A stretch of DNA of 64,000 nucleotides from Rickettsiales bacterium. GTDB lineage: Bacteria; Pseudomonadota; Alphaproteobacteria; Rickettsiales; SXRF01. The stretch is taken from positions 16,173 through 80,172 of the forward strand of contig JAJTHB010000012.1 of NCBI GenBank assembly GCA_021299465.1, written 5' to 3'. A program made the position numbers and the translations under genes. This document shows positions 39,951 through 48,201 of the stretch, in pieces. Numbering within the stretch: position 1 is the first letter of the stretch; each line of letters begins with the position of its first letter. The notes beneath the pieces are model-generated. The model was not told where the DNA came from, made no database searches, and saw only the letters and a program-made list of their open reading frames with translations.

Positions 39951-40190
39951 CTATTCATCAAGCAGGCTCTGCTGCCCGTCATCGGCCTGTTCGGGGATGG
40001 GTGCCTGATCTTCCTGTTTCAGGGAAAGCGCCAATTCGATGCAGCCCTTGGTGAGCTTGGCGCGGTCTAATTCTATGGCTGCTTGCTTCTTTAGCTGGAG
40101 CAAGGTTTCCAGTTCCATCTTCCGCATCGTGTCGATTGTCAAACGGCAAATTTCATCAAAGGTTGAGATAGGTTTCGATTGGTCGTTCAT
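39951..40190 (-). CDS. Hypothetical small coiled-coil protein
   Basis: 79 aa with an RBS GGAGG 7 nt upstream. No family was recognised. Confidence 0.35.
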   Translation of the reverse strand: MNDQSKPISTFDEICRLTIDTMRKMELETLLQLKKQAAIELDRAKLTKGCIELALSLKQEDQAPIPEQADDGQQSLLDE

Positions 40191-40285
40191 GTGTGCCTCC
40201 GTTGGTTAAAACGGTTCGTTGTTCGAACTGTTCGGACAAAGGCTGCACGACGATATGGGGAGGCCGAGCGGGGGTTGGGTAGCCG

Positions 40286-40417
40286 TTTAGTGGCAGTTTA
40301 GAGAGAGGTTGGTGAGCCGGTTTAGCCCCACTTTATTAATATAAAATCGCGGTTATTTTCGTATTACCATTAAGGAGGGCAACCGAGGGGCAGTTCGGGG
40401 GCGCTTTAGTGAGAGGT
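40286..40417. repeat. Iteron-like repeats flanking an AT-rich stretch (candidate origin or operator region of the element)
   Basis: TTTAG occurs at 40286, 40297, 40321 and 40405. The 13-mer TTTAG(A/T)GAGAGGT occurs at 40297-40309 and 40405-40417. An AT-rich block (CTTTATTAATATAAAAT) lies at 40331-40347. Confidence 0.3.
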
Positions 40418-40508
40418 CAGAGGGCCAGCTAAAAACGCCCATTGAAAAAACGAAACAAAACACCGCCAAAGCAGGAGGAAAGTCGAGCTATATTGGCTTT
40501 TTATCCTG

Positions 40509-41255
40509 CTAGGCGGCGTTCTGGCTTTTTATGGCGCTATTGGTTGGCTGATCCTGAAATTGTTTTAACGGCACGTTGAGCCGGTAGTACCCGCGCTCAT
40601 CAGATATAATCAGGTCGCGCCAATCCGCACGGTGCTTAAATACATCACGCAGCCGTGGCGCAGTAACGCCAGATTCATAGATCAATGTTTTGCCATGCAC
40701 CCACGGATTACGACTTTGCGAGGCATCATGCAGCATTTCAAGAATACGTGCTTGATTATCTCCCAAACGATATTCTTTGCCGCCTAAAGTGATGTGGCGA
40801 TAGTCATTGGAATGAGCAAATCCTTCATCTTCTACCGAAGATGCCGCATCCGGATCATTTAACCCCCACAATGCTTCAAATGCTTCTCTGTCTTTTTGTA
40901 ACACCACTAAATCGTTATAACGCACAGAAATAGTTGGCTGCGGCGGCTCATCGGAAAGACGCAACATCTGATCATCTTTGGCAATGGAATAAAAGCGGCG
41001 CAAACGCGCTCTACCTTTGCTAAAAACAGTGTGACAATCTTCTGGCCTTAATCCGACGAACCCTTCTATATGTTCGTGACGTTCATGTATGAATTGGCGG
41101 TTTTTAATAGTGCCTATTTCCATATATCGCAGCGGAAGCCAGATGCAGGTACGCAGCATTGAATCTTCTATTGCATAAAACATATCCTCCTGAGAAACTT
41201 GCCATTGCTTTTGCAGCACATAGAGTCTCTCGTATTTTTTAGTCGGAACGCGCAT
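40509..41255 (-). CDS. Hypothetical protein (possible C-terminal winged-helix)
   Basis: 248 aa. No family was recognised. It is the last co-oriented ORF of the phage-like block. Confidence 0.4.
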   Translation of the reverse strand: MRVPTKKYERLYVLQKQWQVSQEDMFYAIEDSMLRTCIWLPLRYMEIGTIKNRQFIHERHEHIEGFVGLRPEDCHTVFSKGRARLRRFYSIAKDDQMLRLSDEPPQPTISVRYNDLVVLQKDREAFEALWGLNDPDAASSVEDEGFAHSNDYRHITLGGKEYRLGDNQARILEMLHDASQSRNPWVHGKTLIYESGVTAPRLRDVFKHRADWRDLIISDERGYYRLNVPLKQFQDQPTNSAIKSQNAA

Positions 41256-41393
41256 ACAAGATCCTCCCCGTATTTCATTTTCTAAACGCCTTCCCTCTAG
41301 GGTTGTTGAATAAACACCTAAAACAACTGCTGCGATAATGAAAAAAGTTTGGGGTGCTCATAACTATTGTTATGAAGCCAGCAGCGCAGCGAC

Positions 41394-41811
41394 TTAGGAT
41401 GCTGTCACGCTATTTAATATAGCATCGCGAACAAAGCGATGCCGTGCGTGCTGCATGGAAAAGTTATTCCAAGCAAGATAAAGACGCAGTGGTGGAATAT
41501 GTATCGGCAGCATTATACGTCTGAGCGTGCCTGCAACAATTTCATTACGGATGATACTAAGAGGAATAAAACTGTAACCAGCTCCTTCAAGCAGTAAATC
41601 CTTCATCATGCGAAAGCTTACAACAGTAACACCTTGCCTGAAAACGCTGCGTCCCACGCCGATGAAACAGTGGCTTGCCAAGCTGTATTTCAAGCGCAGA
41701 GATTTGTTTGGAAATCGCTGGTTGAGTCATGCCGAGATACTCTGATGCCTTACTGTGTGAGCCACAGCGGTAAACAGCAACAAATGTTCGCAGGTAATTG
41801 AAGTAACTCAT
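41394..41811 (-). pseudogene. LysR-family regulator pseudogene (internal deletion plus frameshift)
   Basis: The HTH part (FNYLRTFVAVYRCGSHSKASEYLGMTQPAISKQISALEIQLGKPLFHR) is in one frame. Only the last 70 aa or so of an effector domain appear, in another frame. The total span is 418 nt versus about 900 nt for an intact gene. Confidence 0.7.
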
Positions 41812-41835
41812 GCATACGTCGCTACCTCCACCAGC

Positions 41836-42804
41836 CTAAAACTTATAACTCGTCCCGATCATCACCGATGGTTGGAAGTCCTTCTTCGTGAGTGGGCTAT
41901 CCGCTGCATCGCCGAGCAGCTGGTCAGCTTCCACCATCAGCGTTGCGTCGATGTTTTTGGTTACGCTATAGACAGCACCCACCTCTAGGCCGACCGATTT
42001 GATACCTGATGAGGCTTTGTAGCTGCTATATCCAGAGCGCCCAGACTGTGCGTTAGAAACACCGAAATAGGTATTCATGTGGTCTTCATTTGCCCATGTG
42101 GCACCGACTTTGCTCATAACCATGAGCCTATCGGTAACCTCGAACATTGTTCCCACATCTGCTTCTGCTGTCATGCCGTAATCACTATTTCCCTTGGTGA
42201 GTTTGCCGGAGATCTCAATGGGTCCGAACTCATATTCACCCATCAGGTTTGCGGTTGGCGACATATCAATGTCACCCATGCCGCGAAGATTTTTTCTATC
42301 GTCGCTTTCGTCACGCCCGAAATCTAAGCCTATCGCTGCACCCAGTTTATAGTCTTCCCCCTGGATAGGGTAGCTACCGATACCATCGTATGGATTGGCA
42401 AAAAATAAGCCATCTTCATAATCAACAGAAATATTGGGGAGCGCCTCCACTTCATGCTTGTCGGAACCTTCATAGGCTGGGCTGTACATTGCAACAGCAC
42501 CAACCTCAAAGTTCCATCCGTGTTTCTTCGGCTCTCCGTCAAAGTCATCATCCTCGCCAATCTGGGCAGATTTATTGATAGCTTGTTGCTGTTGTCGTGA
42601 AATATCTAATTGCGCATATTGTTGCGGCTGACCATATTGCACCGGATTTTGCACCGCGTATTCTGGCTTTGGGTTTTGTGCGGGGTAGTAGCGTTGTTCT
42701 GCATACCTGCTAGGGGGCAGGAGTTCTTCTGCATGTGCGCCACCGCTGGCAATGATTGCAAAAGAAGCGGCAAGAGGGATTAAGTGTAGGTGGCTTTTTT
42801 TCAT
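41836..42804 (-). CDS. mipA: MipA/OmpV-family outer membrane protein with Q/P-rich N-terminal extension
   Basis: Signal peptide, MYSPAYEGSDKHEVEALPNISVDY, beta-barrel periodicity, and a terminal aromatic residue (SYKF). Confidence 0.75.
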   Translation of the reverse strand: MKKSHLHLIPLAASFAIIASGGAHAEELLPPSRYAEQRYYPAQNPKPEYAVQNPVQYGQPQQYAQLDISRQQQQAINKSAQIGEDDDFDGEPKKHGWNFEVGAVAMYSPAYEGSDKHEVEALPNISVDYEDGLFFANPYDGIGSYPIQGEDYKLGAAIGLDFGRDESDDRKNLRGMGDIDMSPTANLMGEYEFGPIEISGKLTKGNSDYGMTAEADVGTMFEVTDRLMVMSKVGATWANEDHMNTYFGVSNAQSGRSGYSSYKASSGIKSVGLEVGAVYSVTKNIDATLMVEADQLLGDAADSPLTKKDFQPSVMIGTSYKF

Positions 42805-42859
42805 AAGAACTCCGTGGTTTGGTTGTTGTTGATGACCACCACCTTATGGGTTTTTTCTT

Positions 42860-42883
42860 GACCCGCATCGGCCTTAAGTCTGA
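42860..42883. promoter_or_regulatory. Left copy of a 24-nt inverted repeat (candidate operator) in the mipA/kinase divergent promoter region
   Basis: GACCCGCATCGGCCTTAAGTCTGA. The 15-nt core CGCATCGGCCTTAAG (42864-42878) is identical to the reverse complement of 45066-45080. Confidence 0.5.
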
Positions 42884-42953
42884 GAGACTGAAAATAATTG
42901 AAAATCCGACTTAAGGAGGATGATTCTTATGAGGAAACCTTTATAGTGCGAAC

Positions 42954-44396
42954 ATGAAAAAATGGCCTAAACATTGCCCCGCCTTTATGAAACGCCTGTG
43001 GTTTCAGCTTGCTGTAACCTATACAGTGCTGGCTATCTGCGCTTTCGCCACACTCGTTATGATTCTGTACGGCATTAGTGATTACCAAGATTTTCATGAA
43101 ACGCTCACCCTTAAAAATGTTGAAACGCAGATTCTTAGCGAGCAAATAGCCGTTGCCGAGGCGATTCGGGACAAGAGCCGTGCTGAGTGGCAAAAACGGG
43201 CACTAGATGATATTCGTGAAAAGTTGGTCAATCTTGAACAAAACGATAAAGAAATAGAAATTTACCGCATTACCAACTCCAGCCGCCCTGAAGTCTACAT
43301 GCGAGTTAGTGATGCCGCAGGGCAGCCATTAATTTCTGACCCGTCTCATTTCCCCCCCGCTGTGGCAGAGAGATTTACGTCACAACAACCTCCTATTACT
43401 GAAAACCGGATAGCATGGGTATCCGGAAATAGCGGTCCTATATGGGTAGATATGCCCATTACGGATGATGACGGTAATTTCAATGGCCGTTTGCAGATTT
43501 TGTATGTGGCCGAATTTGATTGGTGGGTACAGCTTAGCAGTATTATGAGCTTCCTGCTCCTTTCGTTCGATTGGCTGATTTATTGCTCCATTCCCATTGG
43601 TATCATTTGTGGCTTGGTGGCCTCCCGTTATGTGACAAAGCAATTGCTGAAAATGAACGAAGTGACGGAAAGCTGGCGGCAAGGAAATTTCGAGGCGCGG
43701 ATTGAGTTGCCCAATGACGATGTGCTCACCCGCCACAGCCAGCACCTCAACGATATGGCGCAGGATCTGGAGATGTATCTGAGCCTCAAACAGAATCTTG
43801 CCGTGAGTGATGAGCGCACGCGTTTAGCGCGGGAGCTGCATGATACGGTGAAACAAAAGCTGTTCGCGCTGGGTTTGCAGCTGGCAACCGCCAAAGCTGG
43901 CTTAGAACGCCCGAACGAGCATATCCTTGAAGCGGAGACTATCACCCGCGAAGCGCAACATGATGTGATGGAAATCATTACCCAATTGCGCCTTGCAGGA
44001 ACGAGCGAACTTTCGCTGCATGATCGCATTGCCATGATCGCAGATGATTTTAAGCGACGCTTCCATGTGGGTATTGACATCAGCCATTCCCATTCAGCAC
44101 GTTTTAATGCCCATACCGAACATCATGTGCTGCGGATTGTGCAAGAATCGCTGATGAATGCGGTGCGCCACGGCAAAGCGACCCATATTGTGATTATCAG
44201 CGGCATTGACCACGAAACCGCTACGCTCACCATCAGCGATAATGGTGGCGGTTTTGATACCGCCCAGAAAACGAACGGATTTGGCATTATCTCGATGCGT
44301 GACCGTGTGCGGGATTTGCCTCAAGGAAGATTCGATATGAAAAGCACGGCAGGTAGCGGAACTGAAATTACGATTACATGGAAAAACGAATCATGA
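42954..44396 (+). CDS. HisKA_3-type sensor histidine kinase (NarX/LiaS class)
   Basis: Two TM segments bracket a roughly 170-aa periplasmic domain. HAMP domain, H-box (RLARELHDTVKQKLFAL) and an HATPase_c domain (DNGGGFD, GFGIISMRDR). Confidence 0.8.
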   Translation: MKKWPKHCPAFMKRLWFQLAVTYTVLAICAFATLVMILYGISDYQDFHETLTLKNVETQILSEQIAVAEAIRDKSRAEWQKRALDDIREKLVNLEQNDKEIEIYRITNSSRPEVYMRVSDAAGQPLISDPSHFPPAVAERFTSQQPPITENRIAWVSGNSGPIWVDMPITDDDGNFNGRLQILYVAEFDWWVQLSSIMSFLLLSFDWLIYCSIPIGIICGLVASRYVTKQLLKMNEVTESWRQGNFEARIELPNDDVLTRHSQHLNDMAQDLEMYLSLKQNLAVSDERTRLARELHDTVKQKLFALGLQLATAKAGLERPNEHILEAETITREAQHDVMEIITQLRLAGTSELSLHDRIAMIADDFKRRFHVGIDISHSHSARFNAHTEHHVLRIVQESLMNAVRHGKATHIVIISGIDHETATLTISDNGGGFDTAQKTNGFGIISMRDRVRDLPQGRFDMKSTAGSGTEITITWKNES

Positions 44397-45052
44397 TCGA
44401 CAAAATCACGCTCATCCTCGCCGACGACCATGCAATGGTACGCAAGGGCTTAACCGCTTTCCTCGCTACGGCAAAAGATATTGAAGTAATGGCGGTGGCA
44501 AGCAACGGGGCGGAGGCAGTTGCCGCTGCCAAAAAACACGCGCCAGACGTGGTGCTGCTGGATTTATTCATGCCTGACCAGCCTGCGCTAGAAACCGTGC
44601 GTCAGATTAAAAAAGCCAGCCCGCGCAGCCAGATTGTCATGGTGACCTCGCATGAGGGTGATGAATATGTTGTGCCGATGACGCAAGCGGGCGCGATCTC
44701 CTACATCCTGAAAGATACCACACCGGAAGACTTAATCAGCACCGTGCGTAAGGCGGCGGCGGGTGAAAGCATCATCAGTCCGCGCATCGCCAAGGCACTG
44801 GTGGCGGTAGTCACGAAAGCGCGTGCGGCAAAAGCTGGTGACGACAATTTCCACGAGGATTTAACCGACCGTGAAATGGAAGTGCTGCACTGTATTGCGG
44901 AAGGCTTGTCGAATGCAGACATTGCGACAAGGCTCACCATCTCGGAAAAAACTGTCAAATCGCATGTGGGGAACATTCTAAGCAAGCTCTACCTCACCGA
45001 CCGCACCCAAGTGGCGGTGTATGCATGGCGCGAAGGTATCGTGAAAAAATAG
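44393..45052 (+). CDS. NarL/LuxR-family response regulator
   Basis: Receiver domain (LILADDHAMVRKG, VVLLDLFMPD, SYILKD) plus a LuxR HTH (LTDREMEVLHCIAEGLSNADIATRLTISEKTVKSHV). The ATG overlaps the kinase stop (ATGA). Confidence 0.85.
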   Translation: MIDKITLILADDHAMVRKGLTAFLATAKDIEVMAVASNGAEAVAAAKKHAPDVVLLDLFMPDQPALETVRQIKKASPRSQIVMVTSHEGDEYVVPMTQAGAISYILKDTTPEDLISTVRKAAAGESIISPRIAKALVAVVTKARAAKAGDDNFHEDLTDREMEVLHCIAEGLSNADIATRLTISEKTVKSHVGNILSKLYLTDRTQVAVYAWREGIVKK

Positions 45053-45060
45053 CATCCACG

Positions 45061-45084
45061 TCAGCCTTAAGGCCGATGCGTCAC
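45061..45084. promoter_or_regulatory. Right (inverted) copy of the 24-nt repeat, upstream of the efflux operon
   Basis: TCAGCCTTAAGGCCGATGCGTCAC. 20 of 24 positions match the reverse complement of 42860-42883. It contains the 10-bp palindrome GCCTTAAGGC. Confidence 0.5.
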
Positions 45085-45123
45085 AAAAATACTTCAATAA
45101 AATAGCGATATTGGAGTATTTTA

Positions 45124-46566
45124 ATGCGATTTCACTGGATGCCATCAGCAGCCTTGCTGCCTCTTATTTTAAGCGGATGTGCCGATTTTAAGGGCATGCC
45201 CTCACTTGACATGAAGCTGCCGGAGCTGTTCGCCGTGCAAGCCACTGAGGAGCCAATCACCCAGCCCGTTGCAAAACTTCAAACCAACTGGTGGACGCAT
45301 ACGGATGATAAAACGCTGATTGCCACCATCCGTGCGCTCGAAAAGCTAAACCTGTCGCTGGAGCAAGCGCAATTACGCCTCAATGCAGCGCGTATCGACA
45401 CAGGCGGATATGATTATCTGCCGAGCCTTACAGCAACGACCAGCGGCCAATTCGATAAGCTCATTAAGGGCGATATGGCGGTTAGCAATGTAGCCACAAA
45501 TTCTAGCAGCAAAAAAACCACCGGCTATTACAGCGCGAAGCTGGATGCATCGTGGGAGATTCCCATTTACGGGCAGCTCGGTGATACAAAAGATATTGCA
45601 AATGCCAATATTGCTTTTGCTGAGGCGGATGTTGAGGCCGTGCGTGCCAGCGTTATCAGTGAAGCGGTGCGACTTTATGCCGAAATGCGTTCTAAGCAGC
45701 AGGAAGCTCTGAAACGTGAAGCGATTGTCGCTGCTTCCAAGAAAATCGCTGACTATCAAGCAATCAAGCACAAGGCGGGGCTGATTACCGATAGCGAGCT
45801 GGGCTTCAGCCAGCAATCGCTACTGACCGCACAGAATGAGTTGAAGCGCACCGAGAATGAGAAAATCGCACGTCAGCAGCAGTTGGCCAAACTGCTCGGT
45901 GCGGTCACGCCCGATGATGCATGGAAAGCCCCTGCTACTATCCCGACATTTGATGTGCCTGCGTTCGACGATACGCCACTGGATGTGCTGCGTAACCGCC
46001 CGGATATTCGCAAGGCCGAAGCCTCAGTATTGGCGGCGGCGGGTGAGCTTGAACTCTCGAAAAGCGATATGTACCCCAAGCTAAGTCTGACGGGGAATTT
46101 ATCACAGCTTGGTAACATCACCGGCAATCCGCTGTCAGGGAATATAGTTCAGCTTTCGGGCGTTCCTTCGATTTCACTTCCTCTGTTTGATTGGGGCAAG
46201 CGCCTTGATGCGGCAAAAGTGAAGGATGAAAGACTCTCGGAAAAGGCCAGTGCCTACCGCGAAACCGTGATTAGTGCGATGAATGAGGTGGAGGAGTTCT
46301 GGTCATCCTACCGCACCGCGCAAGCGACAGAAAAATCCAATGCAGAGAATGCACAGATCGCCAGCAAAGCAAGCAAACATGCGGCGCTGCTGTTCAAGCA
46401 GGGCATCAATGACGGCATTGCGGCGGAAACTGCCGCAATTGATGCGGCGAATGCCGAGATTAGCGCATTGCAAGCCAAGGTGAACACCATCACCCAATTA
46501 ACCGCGCTCACCAAAGCGCTGGGCGGCACATCCGCCCCAACACTAAACGAGAAAAAAGATGATTAG
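45124..46566 (+). CDS. RND efflux outer-membrane factor lipoprotein (NodT family)
   Basis: Lipobox (LILSGC) and two OEP repeats with coiled-coil segments. 480 aa. Confidence 0.85.
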   Translation: MRFHWMPSAALLPLILSGCADFKGMPSLDMKLPELFAVQATEEPITQPVAKLQTNWWTHTDDKTLIATIRALEKLNLSLEQAQLRLNAARIDTGGYDYLPSLTATTSGQFDKLIKGDMAVSNVATNSSSKKTTGYYSAKLDASWEIPIYGQLGDTKDIANANIAFAEADVEAVRASVISEAVRLYAEMRSKQQEALKREAIVAASKKIADYQAIKHKAGLITDSELGFSQQSLLTAQNELKRTENEKIARQQQLAKLLGAVTPDDAWKAPATIPTFDVPAFDDTPLDVLRNRPDIRKAEASVLAAAGELELSKSDMYPKLSLTGNLSQLGNITGNPLSGNIVQLSGVPSISLPLFDWGKRLDAAKVKDERLSEKASAYRETVISAMNEVEEFWSSYRTAQATEKSNAENAQIASKASKHAALLFKQGINDGIAAETAAIDAANAEISALQAKVNTITQLTALTKALGGTSAPTLNEKKDD

Positions 46567-47596
46567 ACGCATTCTATTTTTAGCCCTTGGCTTAGGCCTG
46601 CTTTACGGCGCATTCACGTTACTCACGGATGAGGATGCACAAACGCAACCCGCAACAGCTTCACTCAGTGTTACGGTGGTTTCGCCGCAACAAGGCAGCA
46701 TTTCCCAAACCATTTCTGCCACTGGCATGACCATTCCACGCGAGGAACTACAAGTCATGACCGAGCTTGCGAGTGTGCGGGTACGTGAAGTGCTGGTCGA
46801 TGTCGGCGATAACGTAAAGAAAGGCCAGATATTAGCGGTACTGGATGGACAGTCGCAGCAACATCAGGTGGCGCAGCTTAAGAGCGATTTTGAACGCGCC
46901 CACGATGCATTTGCCCGTGTTGATGGCATTAAAGATACTGGTGCGGTGAGTAAACAACTGGTGACGGAAAAGCGCACCGCCATGCAATCGGCAAAAGCCT
47001 TACTGGAGGATGCGGAACTCAACCTGAAACGCAGCACCATTACTGCGCCGGAAGCTGGGGTGGTTTTCGAGCGCAAGACAACGATTGGTGGTTTGGTGAG
47101 CAATAGCGAGCCGCTTTTCCGCATCGCCCGTCGCAATGAAATTGAGATGGAAGCAATGGTGCCGGAATCTGCACTTTCTGCGCTTAAAGTTGGCCAGCCT
47201 GTTGTGGTGACGCTTACGGGCGATAGCGAGGCTATAGAAGGGAAAATCCGTCTTGTGACTCCACGCGTTAGCGATAGCACACGCATGGCAGCCATTCGCA
47301 TCCAGCTAAAAAGCACCAACCATATCCCCGTTGGCTTGTTTGCCGCCGCTCGAATTATGCAGAACGAACGCGCGGGCTTGTTGCTGCCAAAAACCGCCCT
47401 TCAGCAGGATAGTACGGGTGATTTTGTCTGGACACTCACCCCCGAAAACAAAGCTGAGCGATTGCCTGTCACGGTCACATTGCATGGTGACGAACAGGTG
47501 ATGGTAGACGGTGTCGCGCTGGATGCTCGCGTGGTCGCCCGTGCTGGGGCGTTCATTAAGGATGGTGATCACGTCAATGCAGTAGAGGCTAAGTAA
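46559..47596 (+). CDS. RND efflux periplasmic adaptor (membrane fusion protein)
   Basis: N-terminal TM segment, a lipoyl/hairpin/beta-barrel pattern (VRVREVLVDVGDNVKKGQILAVLD ... ITAPEAGVV). Confidence 0.85.
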   Translation: MIRRILFLALGLGLLYGAFTLLTDEDAQTQPATASLSVTVVSPQQGSISQTISATGMTIPREELQVMTELASVRVREVLVDVGDNVKKGQILAVLDGQSQQHQVAQLKSDFERAHDAFARVDGIKDTGAVSKQLVTEKRTAMQSAKALLEDAELNLKRSTITAPEAGVVFERKTTIGGLVSNSEPLFRIARRNEIEMEAMVPESALSALKVGQPVVVTLTGDSEAIEGKIRLVTPRVSDSTRMAAIRIQLKSTNHIPVGLFAAARIMQNERAGLLLPKTALQQDSTGDFVWTLTPENKAERLPVTVTLHGDEQVMVDGVALDARVVARAGAFIKDGDHVNAVEAK

Positions 47597-47601
47597 TCAC
47601 G

Positions 47602-48201
47602 ATGAAAACTATTCTCAATTTTCTAAAATCAATTTTACGAAGCCGAATCTTTCAGGTGAGTGCGGCGCTGTTTTTTTCATTTTGGCTTTATATAGGCGGC
47701 ACATATCTCAGCGGCAATTTCCGTGAGGTTATACCAAATGAATTCTACCGTTCGGGACAGCTAAAAAAAGGTGATATAGCGGAAATGTCCAACAATTATG
47801 GCATCAAAACCATACTGAATCTACGGGGAGAGAATACGGGTTCAGCTTGGTATGATAATGAAGTAGCTGATGCTAAGGCGAGTAATGTTAAGCACATTAA
47901 TTTCAAGATGAGTTCGAAACGCGAACTTACTTCCGATCAGATAAAGGAATTAATTACCATCATGCGTGATGCGCCAAAACCTCTGTTGGTTCACTGCGAA
48001 GGCGGCGTTGATAGAAGCGGGTTAGCATCAGCCTTGTATATGTTTGCAATCAAGAATTCTGAAGGATGGGAAGCCGCCAAACATCTTACATTACTTTACG
48101 GACGCCCACTTTATTTGGGCACAGATAAAATGCGCCTCACTTTTGAAGCCGCAAAAACGTTAAAGCCATGGCTTGAAATGGATATGGCGGAGGGCAACTA
48201 A
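47602..48201 (+). CDS. Membrane-anchored Cys-based (PTP/DSP-fold) phosphatase
   Basis: N-terminal TM segment (IFQVSAALFFSFWLYIGGTYL), NFREV...FYRSGQL, and the CX5R P-loop HCEGGVDRSG. It starts 5 nt after the adaptor stop, and its stop overlaps the pump ATG (TAATG). Confidence 0.7.
   Translation: MKTILNFLKSILRSRIFQVSAALFFSFWLYIGGTYLSGNFREVIPNEFYRSGQLKKGDIAEMSNNYGIKTILNLRGENTGSAWYDNEVADAKASNVKHINFKMSSKRELTSDQIKELITIMRDAPKPLLVHCEGGVDRSGLASALYMFAIKNSEGWEAAKHLTLLYGRPLYLGTDKMRLTFEAAKTLKPWLEMDMAEGN

Larger units (their letters stand above)
36453..41255. mobile_element. Integrated element or remnant anchored at tRNA-Leu: large serine recombinase plus phage-like replication module (right boundary undefined)
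   Basis: The recombinase ORF reads antisense into the tRNA 3' end. All six ORFs are co-oriented. The module includes a DnaA_N-like replication protein and iteron-like repeats. No duplicated tRNA 3' end was found downstream. Confidence 0.45.

Noticed and set aside
40214-40233. Three GTTC tetramers (GTTCgttGTTCgaactGTTC) that could be an alphaproteobacterial LexA box.
   Set aside because: The alphaproteobacterial SOS box is GTTC-N7-GTTC. The spacings here are 3, 5 and 12 nt, so none fits.
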